From: the human T2T-CHM13v2.0 reference genome, Homo sapiens
Length of the DNA: 64,000 nt
Assembly (NCBI RefSeq): GCF_009914755.1
Contig: NC_060936.1
Reading direction: 5' to 3' (one strand)
In this document: positions 15,125 through 28,105 of the stretch, piece after piece
Layout of the letters: each line of letters opens with the position of its first letter
Numbering within the stretch: the first letter of the stretch is position 1
The notes under the pieces: generated by a model
What the model saw: the letters and a program-made list of their open reading frames with translations, nothing else
Told to the model about the DNA's origin: nothing
The model's database searches: none
Made by a program: the position numbers and the translations under genes

Positions 15125-15835
15125 GGTAATCCCACAGCTGTCTCTCTTACATTCTCACTGAACTTATTAGAACCTAACCCGCCACCCGTTTCCCTTCTAG
15201 ACCCCCAGGCTGCTCTGAACAGGGCCTTTACTCGGAAGCCAGGGCTTACCTCCCGGCTGCGATAGGGTTATTTGTGATGGGCATGACACTGCTCGGAGCG
15301 GGGGATTCCCGGCAACTTGGCGACATGCAGGTGATCTGGCCTTTCATGCCGGCGTGACCCCCACTGCCTGCCTGCCAACTCCACGCCCGCCGCCAGGTGG
15401 CCGAGCAGGACGCTACCCGCTTGGCGTAGGCAACTTTACGCAGCTGGCTAAGAGGGAATCGCAGGGTGTCGCGAGTTTCGCCCGGCCGCCTTAATCTCAG
15501 CATCTGAGCTTGGTCACCTCTCACTCAACGTCAGCGATTAAGTAAAATAGTACCCAGTAAGACTACGCGCCACACTAGAGCTGCATTCAGCTTTCGGGCT
15601 TGCAGGTAGCGGCGTGCTGCGACCTCCCATTTCCTGCGACTTAGCAAGCCCTGCACACGCACGAACCGCCCTTGACGCGTGACGCTCACCCCTGAAGGCC
15701 AGCAGGAAGTCACCTAAGCCCTGATTTACATGGAAGCCATCCGATACGTGCTTATGGGCCAACGACTCGGCCGCTTAGAAGACCATGACCAGTTCTAACA
15801 CTAGGGCTTTGTACAAGCACTCTTCTAAACAAAAT
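15125..15835 (-). pseudogene. Decayed inverted duplicate of H2AJ (unprocessed pseudogene; former CDS about 15268-15511)
   Basis: Colinear minus-strand blocks match the H2AJ promoter, 5' UTR (GAGAGGTGACCAAG vs GAGAGGTGATCATG), CDS (CTGCGTAAAGTTGCCTACGCCAAGCGGGT, ACCTGGCGGCGGGCGTGGAGT, CACCTGCATGTCGCCA, CGCTCCGAGCAGTGTCATGCCCATCA), stop context, stem-loop relic and poly(A) region. Confidence 0.8.
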
Positions 15836-16041
15836 CCGGTGTCTGGATTTTGGGAGGTCACTACTGCGTTGCGCGGCACCTCCAGGGTCGTACCTAAGCA
15901 CAGGCGGAACCCCCTCCTTGAGGTCTAGTTCTCCCCGCGCCCGCCAAGTCTAATCCCGAGCAGATGCTCGGGCCGCGAATATCCCATTTCCGGTATCCGG
16001 AAGGCGACATCAAAGGGTTGATATTTACCCGTTATCTAGGA

Positions 16042-16058
16042 AGTGTTAACAGCTCTTT
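16042..16058 (-). terminator. Histone downstream element (U7 snRNA binding site)
   Basis: Minus strand AAAGAGCTGTTAACACT, about 15 nt 3' of the stem-loop, complementary to the 5' end of U7. Confidence 0.9.
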
Positions 16059-16073
16059 CTGTGACAGTTTGGG

Positions 16074-16089
16074 GGCCCTGAAAAGGGCC
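16074..16089 (-). terminator. Histone 3' stem-loop (SLBP site) of H4C16
   Basis: Minus strand reads AAA-GGCCCTTTTCAGGGCC-CCCAA, a perfect 6-bp stem and 4-nt loop about 33 nt after the stop codon. Confidence 0.95.
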
Positions 16090-16122
16090 TTTTGGAGTCT
16101 GTAGAGAAGCTGTGGGGACAGC

Positions 16123-16608
<486 letters not shown>

Positions 16609-17804
16609 TCAGCGAAACCAGCCTGATTTTTTTGTTGTTTGCTGTTTTGGGAAAATTTTTTCTGATGTTTGGAGAAAGGTTCATGGTGATACGTTTTAAA
16701 GTTAAAACAGTATGAGCTAAAAGAATTTATATTGCCTTTTCTCAGCGCTTAAATAAAAGTAGGCCAGATCCTATGCACGTTCCTTGTTCTGTCCCTCCCT
16801 CCTTCTGTTTTTTCAAACGGAATTCCTGACTTACTATGAAACTCTATAAAAACCTGAAAAGCTTTACATCCGAGATTTCAAAGCAATTACTTAAAATTTA
16901 AAATTTTTCACACGTGGGTCTTCTGAAGACATAGTAGGGGGAGAGGACTTTTTTCTCTTTTACGGCCCTGCAGATAATTAAAATTCTTTCAATTGAAAAA
17001 AGAAAGTGCAGCTTCCCGTCCCCCACCTACACTCCACCCCCACCTCCCCCCGACCCCCGCCATTCCCCTTTCAGCTGCTTCTGCGCAATTTGCAGGTTTT
17101 CCTGCCCTGCAAGAGCCTGTGTGCTTTTCAACCAAGTAACTTCCTGTGGTTATTTAGTTGAAATATTGTCAATGTCTTATGTCATTCAAATCTCAGGTTC
17201 TCATCTCACATTTTCCACTTAAAAATTCAAAGTTCTTGTAAAACAATGGATGCCACAATCATGACTTGGAATAATGATTTCTACTGCAAATCCCCTCAGG
17301 AGGTTCTGAATCCCTTCCTTTCTCAAGAGAATCCCTGAACAAAAACGAAAGTTTCTGTAAGGTGTCACCGCTCTTCAAAGGTGTCAGGACCCTGTCTTCT
17401 CTAAAGGTTTTACTGTGTTAAAAAGCAGCTGTTATTTAGAGGATGAGTCATAAGTCTTTCCCAGGTAGTTAATTAGGATTCTGAGCAATGAATTTTAGTA
17501 AGTGGGGCTTCTTTGTCCCTGGTCTTGAAGATAAGCCTTTACAGCAGGAAGACTTTATGGTAAAATTTTGTTATATTTATAAATGCCTATAGTTTACATT
17601 TGTTTCAATCCATGCCCATCTTCATAACCCAAAAGGTATTTATTTTTCTTTTACTTTTTGTTAAAGATAAAAGAGTTGGAACACTGTCTTGAATGGCTGG
17701 AAAAAGTCCTGAATGGTCGAACTTCACTCATGATTTTAATATTTGACTCAGAGGGAAGAGGAAAAGTCTATCAGATCTTGAAGAGATAAGAATTATTGTA
17801 ATGG

Positions 17805-18173
<369 letters not shown>

Positions 18174-19559
18174 TCAAATTAGAAATCTCTTGCTTATTGG
18201 AATAAAAGAAAAAAAATCGTGTCTAAAATAGTAATACTTTTAAAAACTCTTGAAAATTCCCCAAGATACAGGCAAAAATTTAAGCTAGTTTACAGAACTC
18301 ATTCCAGGAACATCTCGTTAAAAACTGCATCAGAGATTTGTATGCCCATTTATTTGGTATATCTAAGAGTTATTGGATGCTTACTAACGTATTTAATTTT
18401 CAAAACACTTTGATACAGGTAGAGGAGTCAAATAACTTATCAAAGGTCACTGCTCAGTGGTAAAGCCAGGATTTAGGCTGAGGCAGACTGGCTCCGGAAA
18501 GACCGCCTAAACCATGACAATAGCTCTGAAGACATTTATTGAGTCCCCAGTATGGGTTCATCATTGTTCTAGGCAGTAATGACATATACATAAATATTTG
18601 AAAATGTTATTTCAATGAAGTCAAATCTTTATTCGGATAGTGAGAAGGTAAATTTGCTTTACTTTAAATGTAAATGAATCCACATAAAATGTTTATTTTA
18701 AAAAGCAAGCGTTCAACATTACATCACGTATCGGTGTTAACTGTGTTACTGAAAATGTTCAGGTAAAAATGAAATGACCTCGATGAATTAGGAGAAAGTA
18801 ATTTTTAATTAAAACAAAACACTTGAAACACTCTTTTTGTTTCAAAAAGCATGGGTCCACAATTCAGGTATATAAGAATAAGCTGCCATTCTGACTTTAG
18901 TCTCTGGACTCATTTACAAAGAGACCCGGGGGACCTCCACGTCTTCGCAGAGGACCCGATCCGCTGATCTGTGGCGCCCTGGCTTGCGGGGAGCAAGCCA
19001 AGGCCAAGACTTTGGCCTCTCCAATAAAACCTAGTGGCTCTTTGCAGGCCCATAGCCTCAAAGACAAAAGATATTTTGGCTAGGCGAGCTTGTTCCTCCC
19101 GTCAGCACAGGAAGCATTCACGTCTGGTCATCACTCTAGCTTCAGACTCAAAAGTGAACGATTGGCTGGCTGTGAGCCGCAGGACCCTGCGGGGAGACCA
19201 GGGTGGTCTCTACACTGTTGGGTAGCTAGCTGGAGGCAAGGCGCTTGTATAAGAAACAGTCCACGGACCCTGTCCTGGGCAGGCAGAATTCCGCGGACAG
19301 GCTGTTGTTTCGCCTAAGCAGCACGGGCTGCGGAGACAGAAACCTACCTGAGTAGTACGGTGTATTATATGAGAACATCCACTTAGCATAGCAACGTCTA
19401 CGGACAACCCCTGTAGCTCTTCTTCTGGATTGTTTTCTGTTTCCAACCATGTTTTCTTATTTCCTACGAGTTTATGTGCTTGGAAGCGAGCGTGGTCGTG
19501 GAAAACCCGTAACCGCTAAATTCATCTGGGTCCCCAAAGACTGAGCCGGCTGGCCTCGT

Positions 19560-20209
<650 letters not shown>

Positions 20210-20248
20210 CCCTGACGCCGCCCTCAGGGAGCTGGCTCCCCCAGCAAA

Positions 20249-20264
20249 GGCCCTTTTCATGGTC
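20249..20264 (+). other. Degenerate histone stem-loop in the H2AJ 3' UTR
   Basis: AAA-GGCCCTTTTCATGGTC versus canonical GGCCCTTTTCAGGGCC (2 substitutions), 40 nt after the stop. Confidence 0.8.
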
Positions 20265-20353
20265 GTCCCGCAATGCTTTTGAATGTGCTGGATGTCATGG
20301 AGGGCCGGTGACATCTAGCGGGGAGGTGGGCGGCGAGGGTCCCGGCGGGAGCC

Positions 20354-20359
20354 AATAAA
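20354..20359 (+). terminator. H2AJ polyadenylation signal AATAAA
   Basis: AATAAA 145 nt after the stop, followed by GT-rich sequence. H2AJ is known to be polyadenylated. Confidence 0.75.
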
Positions 20360-22674
20360 GTTGGTGAAAATCGTTTGGTCGAGAGAGCTGTGTAGTCGCG
20401 GGGACATGCCGGATGGCCCCAGGGGAGGGGGGCGACCGGGAAACCCCTGGAGCAGGCACTGGTGGGTGGGCTTGAGCCACTCTGGACGGCTTTAGTCCGC
20501 AGGTCACCCTCGAGGCGTCAGGGGAGGGTGGCCTGGAGGTGGGCAGGGTGGAAGCCACCTCGCTGTCAGTAGGGCAAAGGGGAGGCAGAGTCGGTGCGGT
20601 GAGGCCTCCTTCGGAATTATTTTTACTTCCCTTTCACAGAGCCTTCGCTCTCCTGCCAGTTTGTGAGCACTCAGGACCAAGTTCTGGGAAGATACCGTCG
20701 GATCGAGCTGAGCTCGGGGCAGGAAGTGTCTGCGGCCATATTTTTCAAAAAGTGGAGTAACTTTCCGTCTTGGAAGGGTGGCTCTGATGGCACGATGTCA
20801 ACTTGAGATTCTTCCTAGCCTAGTAGCTGCTGTGCTTTCATGCTTTGGATATCAGATATCTTTATATAGCACTTTTATGTTCATATTTTTTTTTTAATGA
20901 AGGAAACGTTCAATAAGTGAGTCATGAGGTTGGAAATTCGTTCCCCTGACAGTCATATTGCATAACATTGCAGCGCCTTTAGTCGTGGGTTACATATGCT
21001 TGAGCTTTTAAAGTGATGTTGTCAAGTTTCTAGCTTCATAATGATCCTGTCTTCATCATATCATATTCACTTTGAGAATCGGTTTGACTTTGCTTTCAAA
21101 CAAAACAAAAACCTCTTGCTTTTAGGGGTTCTTACCCAACAAATAACCTGTTTGAACTCTCTTATATTCTCCCACTAGCCTGAAGCAATGACCTCATTCC
21201 AGTAATGTCTTTGGGAGTTGCATTGCCTAATGGCACAATATTGCTTTAATAAACATGTAAGGAAAGATAGGACCAAATATGTAAGTGCAGGGGGAAACAC
21301 ATTTCAGACCAGGAATCCACATTGAAAAGTTAACACTAGTAATCATCTTCTGCCCTTAATTGACACTCCTATTTATTTCATCCTCAGCAAATTTCATCCT
21401 GGCTCACAGACCCCACAAAAAAGATCCCAGTACAGATTTCACATCTTTGGATTCATCTTTCCTGTGAGTCGGAATTGAAGTCTTCCCCAAAAATATATGT
21501 ATATATTGTATGTCTTCATCCTTGGTAGCGGCTGGCCCATTTTCCCACATGGACTTTATTTTGTCCCCAGTATTTATTGAACAGCTGTCTATGCCAGGCT
21601 CTGTACAAAGTGATAGGAGTAGAGCTGTGAATGAGGCCAACCAGATTTCCACTCTCTCGGAGCTCACTTTATTTTTATTGGTTCCTGAAGACGGGACAAG
21701 GAACAAATACATACGTTAATATGAGAGATCAGCTTCTGTTAGTACTTGTACCTCTCTGCTGTGTGTGGATGAATGATGGAATTACTTCTCCCATGTTGCC
21801 ATTTTTGAGGTGTACAAAGGTCAGGCCGTACACACCTCTGTTAGGAGGCAAATTATTGGGCAGGTTCGAGATGTTCTGCTATTTACTCTGTGGTTTTGTC
21901 ATATGTAAAAGTCATAACACCTGTTTTAAGGATTGAGATTGTTCATTTACTGTGTGCCACATATTAGACAATAAATGGAAAAAAGTACCATGTTCAATGG
22001 GGGTATGGGTTTATCCTTATAGGTTAAATTATAGGTAAACATTAATAGGACTTTTTAAAAAATGCCTCATTGTTAGAACTACTACTCACAGTTACCACTT
22101 GGGGTCAGTGGAACAAAATGCATATATGGTTTTGACATTTGAGTCTAAATTTCTTAAAGGGATGAGGCATCTGAGGGATTGTTACCAAAATGATGAAGAA
22201 ATAAGGACAAGGGACATCAAGACATTCATAAGAAAAAGCACCTTTGCCTTCCCCTGGGAAGATTCACAGGAATCTGTCCAGCTCTTGTTACATGATGAGC
22301 AACATAGACAAGATACGAGGCATTGTAACTGCCCTGTCGCCACCCGCCTCTCCCACCACTACCCAAAGGATTCTTAGCATCCCCTCACATACTCTGCCTG
22401 CCTCAACGTTCAGTCAGCCCCTCACCATTTTTGTTTTTGAGAGTTTTTTTTTTAACCCGAATAGTTTACTGGCTGTTTAAAATGCATACTCCTACAAAAT
22501 CAGCTCAGCCCATGATCCATGATGAACAAACAGTAGTTCTTGCTGATGTGTGATTATGAATTTAAAAGGCCAGTATTTCTTTAAGCATAAGACCATATGG
22601 AAAAAGGCCTAAGACAAAATCTGATGGGAACTGAATTCCAGTTTTTAATAGAGTTATAATCCATAGTTTTATTT

Positions 22675-22698
22675 ACACACAAACACACACACACACAC
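22675..22698 (+). repeat. (CA)n microsatellite
   Basis: Interrupted ACACAC run. Confidence 0.8.
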
Positions 22699-24668
22699 TC
22701 TTTCCTGCAGAGATAAGCAAGCCGTTCAGTGTGGCTGTGGCTTGGCCAGGATTTGTTTGATCTTTGTTTTTCCTGCAGGGCCAGTCTTGTCTTTGTGTCC
22801 CCGAGGACTGGTCTGTTTAGTTGTGCCTGCCTGGAATCAAAAGGCTTAGTCAGGCCCCATAATTGGTGATGACTGGCATACTATATGCAAACTTCACAAT
22901 GCCCCTTCCAGTGGTTGAAAGGTCGCATACCATGCTGTGTAAGAACTTTAGCTCTCTGCAATGAGACTTAAATTCAGATTCACTCTACTCCTTATTAGTT
23001 ATCTGATTTTTGGAAACTTAATCTCTTTAAACCTCAGTTTCATCTCTAAAATGGGCATAATAGTTTACCTCATAGAGTTTGGGGAGAATTGAGTGAATTA
23101 ATGTGTGTGAGGACACTAAGATTCCCATATAGAAATAGGCTCAATGAATAGTAGCTGTTTTTATTTCTATGTAAAGTGAGTAGCGGTAGTTGATGGGAGC
23201 TGTTGAAACAGGTAAACAGCATTCTAGCAATCCTTCGACTTTTGTGATAGCAAACCATAAAAACAATTTTAGTGGCTGTTTTACTAATTAAAGGACATCC
23301 ACAATTCAATGTATAACAGAAAAAGTAATGATTAAAGCTTGTGAATCTGAATTTGCATTTTCGTTGTTTTTTGTGTGTGTGTTTTGTTTTTTGGTTTTGC
23401 CCCTGAAGACAACCTAGTTTAGAATTTATGGCTTGTTAAGTCCACCCACACACATTAAAAATGGACCCTGTTTGTTCAATAATTTATTGAACAATATTAT
23501 GTGTTACACCTGTGATTGGTAACCAGCTGCCAAGAAACTCTCATAGGACACACACTCAAAAGGAAGATAATAACAGGGTACATGTAGAGAAAAGGAGATG
23601 CTCAGGGTGTTAACAGGAACAGGGAATATGGGTACCTGTGTCACTCAGCTGCGTGGGCACACTGGCTGGTGGGAGGTGTAAGCTGGGCTGAGAGGCAGCA
23701 TGCACGAAGACATGGGGGTCAAAAGGTAACTCCTGCAACTGGATTTGGGTCTGAATCTAGGGGAAAAAATCTGGATTGGAGATAATTATTTGGGAGTCAT
23801 AACTAAAAATAGCCAGAGTAGATCAAATCATCCAGAAAGAACATATACATGTATAGAGTATAGACCGATATCAAAAATTGCCACAACAGAATTTGAGGAT
23901 CTGTGAGATTTAATCAATTGGCAGAGGAAGAAGCATCACTAAAGAGAGGAGAGGATGCAGCCGGAAGGGCACCAGGAGAGAAAGTGTCAGTAGAGATTTT
24001 TCCACAATTTGGATCGCTGTGCTTCTTCATACCCCCTGCTTGCTTATACTTTGCCATATAACTAGAAACTGGTCTTTAAAAGTTATTACTTTTTTCCACA
24101 CATATGAAATGGTGACAAGCTGGCTCATGTTACTAATGGAATTGGAATCGAAATGCATTTTTACCCTTTACATTTTTAAACTGCACATATGGAAATTCAA
24201 GGTATACATGGTGACAGCAAAAACATTTTTCTAAAAAAAAAACCTAGAAAAATATTGGCAAAGAACCCTTAAAGATATCCTTTATCATCATTCTTTTTAG
24301 TTGAATATAATTTTTTACATATAAATTTTAAAGAAGTTTTAAAAACAGCGGTAACTTATTCATAAAGCCAATGTAGGCATTTTAGAATGATTACAACATG
24401 AGAAATTGGACTCTGACAAGCCAATTTTCTAAAAAATCAATAAATGTTTAGCTTTCCAAGAGAGAAATGGAGAGTAAGAGGAACAAAGAAGAAGCAGAGG
24501 AAGAAATAATGAAACTGGTTTCAGGTAGATATGAAATTATCACTGTAAAGCTTTATTTTGTTTTCTCCGTAAGTGGAGGAAGGAAAGCTTACGTGTTGAA
24601 AATTGGATTTCAACATATACATACTTGAAAGAGAATGATGGCTTTTTTGGGCAGTAACTTGGAACCAT

Positions 24669-24671
<3 letters not shown>

Positions 24672-24708
<37 letters not shown>

Positions 24709-24990
24709 AGACAGGATCTCTCCCTGTTGCCCAGGCTGGAGTGCAGTGTTGTGATCACAGCTCACTGCAGCCTCCACCTCTAGGCTCAAGCCATCCTCCT
24801 ACCTCAGCCTCCTGAGTAGTTGGGACTACAGGTGTGTGCCATCACACCTGGCTAATTTTTTTATTAATAATTTTTGTAGAGATGGGGTTTCACCTTGTTG
24901 CCCAGGCTGGTCTCTAACTCCTGGGCTTAACTGATCTTTCCGCCTCCGCCTCCTAAAGTGTTGGGATTATAAGCATGAGTTACCACGCTC
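24672..24990 (-). mobile_element. Alu (AluJ-like) with a long poly-T
   Basis: About 37-nt T run followed by reverse Alu. Confidence 0.9.
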
Positions 24991-27900
24991 ATAGATCCTT
25001 GATAATTTTATCAAGCCATGAAATAAAAAAGCCAGCTTTGCTTAACCCCAAAGTATGGAATCAAAGGAGAGATGAACCCTATATTCAACAAAATTATCTT
25101 TCTTTTAGACAAACAAGCCATCTGCTCATGGGAGTTTATTTGCTTTCTGTTTTAAAGTACTTCTCAAATGAACTGTCTTTTTCATGTCAAAAGCCCAAGT
25201 GACCACTACAATTCCTAAATATCCCTGATGAAATGGTGCGTATTAGAGATGGAAGTGTACAGATTAGCCTTGTAGTGAGACATCATGAAGAAAGCATGTG
25301 TTTGGCCTGAAAGAAGTGCAGTTTTAAATTGTGAAGACTAGGAGAAATGCAGTGGTATGTAAAGATGTGTAACCTCTAACCCCCAGAGTTTGGCCATGGG
25401 CCAGCTATTAGTCTAGGCAGACAAAACAAAATAGTCCAGTTCTCAGGCGCACATAGACAAGACTGAGGAAGACATCTTAATCAGGTTTGGAAATGGTAAC
25501 CCCAGGCAAAATTTATCCTAAGATGTCTGATCTGGAGACCTTCTGAACTCATTAGCACTTGGAGGTCACTTGCAAACAGATTTATCAGAACTATGTTTAT
25601 AACTTTCCCTGTGGACAACACTAAATATTAAGCAAGCAGTAGAAGCAAGGAATAGAAGACTAAAAATGGTTTGATGAAAGAATATAAATCTGATTAGATA
25701 ATTTAAAAAATTCCAAGAGACCGTCTTCCTAGGGAAACACATAAAGTCAACACTGAAGTGCTTCAACAGAATATAGGAACTCAGTTCAATGTGAACTTAC
25801 TTCCCAGCCATGAGCAAGTGGCACCTCATAAACATTAAGTCACAAGAGGTCTCAGATGTGTGCACTGCGTTGAGAGTCCTGGTGCAAGCAATGAGAGCTT
25901 TGGCCAAACCTGTATTTTTGTCTGTGTCCTCCAGCCCAAGACCATCAGGAACATACTCGTAGTTGAACAAGTTGGATTTATTTCTCTTTGCAGCAAGGGG
26001 GAACACATTCCATGGGGAAATGTGGGGTGTCTCAGTAAGAGGCTGTTAGGGTGTATTACAGGATTTGGGTTTGTGTTAGTTGATTTGGGGGCTTTGCTCA
26101 GAATTGCATCCTGTCAGGAAGTAGGGTGCAAGGAATGCTGTAATGTGCAGAATGAAGTGAAACTAAAGCTGTCATTGGTAAATATGCTAATGCATATTAG
26201 TCAGGATAGCGGGTTTTTGTTCATTTTTGTTGTTTGGACAATGTTCATGTTTTTGTTTCTGTTCAGACATGATTACAGAATGGTCTTTTTTTAATTTGAT
26301 TTTTCACAGCCTTGTCTTGTGTTAGTGTTCTGTGAATTGTTTATGTTCAACAGATCACCACAGTGTAGCTGTGTCAGGCCAACTCCTAGCAACAGCACAG
26401 TCTAGCTGATAGTCCAGGTCATGGGCTGCTTTTCCCTTGCTCATTAGCTTAAAAAATAATGTGACACCCAGAAGAGTGGTTGCTCAGCGGTGGAAGTAGA
26501 CAAATACATCTCAAGGCAAATGTTGGCAGTGTCCAAGCATCATGCAAAAGAGGGAGCTACTGTCTTCGAGTAGTTTAGTTACACATTTACATATTTTAAG
26601 CATCCATATCCGCTAACAAAATCCTCATTTTCATGTTTATCAAGTAACTTTCTATCTTGAATGTATCTTTTTGTCCATGTCTTCACATAGGGTAAGAATG
26701 TCCTTGTTTCTTGAACATGGTATTCCAGGTGTTCCTCATAATAAATCATGCTTTAAATTTTTTATATCTGTATATGCATATTACTTATATTTATTTAAAC
26801 GTATATATTAGGTAAATACCATGACCTCACTTTCCTCCCTTCTTCCAATATCCTGTTTCCCATTGCCCAGCCCAAATGGAAGACAAAAGAAAGCCCATTG
26901 ATGCCCTATCTACAGTTTAGCCTTCTGGAGGCATACAGCAGGGTAGAAAAGTATAAAGAGGGCGTTAGGAGGGCAGACCTCTTAGTTGTCCAAATATAAT
27001 ATGAGCATGCATCCATTGCTGGGGAAAGAGTGTCACTGGACGTTTTACAACATGATTAAGGTTATCTCCTCACAAAACCCTTGATATACAGAGTGTTCTA
27101 GCAAGAGCAAACAGTCCAGATGAAACCTCTGTGTTGCAAAACTGTCATAAGAGTAGTCCTTAAATGAAGTCTATAAAATTTATAGCTTTACAGATTCCAG
27201 CCTGTTCTTCTGCCATTCTTTATACCACTCACCAGCCATACAAAACTCTCTCTTGTCTCTTCCAGCAGGGTACAAGGGCCCAGAGAACTCACAACCTCTT
27301 TTTTGCTTCAGCCCATCCACTAGAACTAGCTCAGGCTTAATCTAACTGCAAAGAAGCCCAGGAAATATAGAAGAGAAGATGAAATATTTTGGTGAGTACC
27401 ATTGTCTCTGCCAGTTTCTTGGAGCATTTTTGCTTACTTCCTAGTTCTTAGCTTTGTTCTATTTAACATACTTCTGTTGTGGAGCTTGCCAGTTAATTAA
27501 AGTTCCTTTGAGATTTTTCAAGAAAAGTGACACACACAGTTATATTAGCTAGCACACATAAGCTAACAGTACTAGCTAGTAGCCCCTGCCAAAAGGTGCT
27601 TGAGAAATATTCCATTTGTTTTTGCCAAAGGAACCTATGCTAAGAATTGTTTTAAAACGTTGTGATAGTAGAAGTAAAGACCACTGAGTTTTCTTTGGAT
27701 TCATGTGTGCCAGTTATGAATTTATTGGTTCTGAGCTCCAAATTAAAACTTCAAATTCGGCTCTGAGAAGTTTTCTCAGTAGAGGGCCCTGTAGAGAAAC
27801 CTTGCAGGAAGAAAGGGCGTTATTTCCATTTGGACACCAAGTAAGGTAGGCTACCTGCCTTCAGTACAGGTTTCATGTTAGGAAACCAGAGTAGTGACAG

Positions 27901-28032
27901 AAACTGTATAGCTCACAAAGCCCAAAATACTCACCATCTGGCCCTTTAGAGAAAGTTTGCTGATCCCTGTTCCAGTCTATGTGTGGAAACAAAAATGAAG
28001 AATACAAGGCTCCCCAAACCACAAAGCATCTA

Positions 28033-28105
28033 TTGAAATAACTGATGTTGTTCTGCTAGTTTTTTTCCCATAAAAAAACTAGCAGAACAACATCAGTTAT
28101 TTCAA
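28033..28105. repeat. Perfect inverted repeat, 34-bp arms, 5-nt loop
   Basis: TTGAAATAACTGATGTTGTTCTGCTAGTTTTTTT-CCCAT-AAAAAAACTAGCAGAACAACATCAGTTATTTCAA. Confidence 0.97.

Noticed and set aside
15246-15524. 92-aa ORF over the H2AJ fossil as a new protein
   Set aside because: Non-ATG start, only about 25 residues in the H2A frame, then frameshifts; best read as a pseudogene relic.
18920-19020. Possible H3, H1 or H2A 3' remnant before the orphan stem-loop
   Set aside because: Matches are only short words and fit several histone classes, so none can be supported.
25860-26294. 144-aa ORF
   Set aside because: Non-ATG start, no recognisable domain; the sequence looks like an old LTR fragment that I could not classify.
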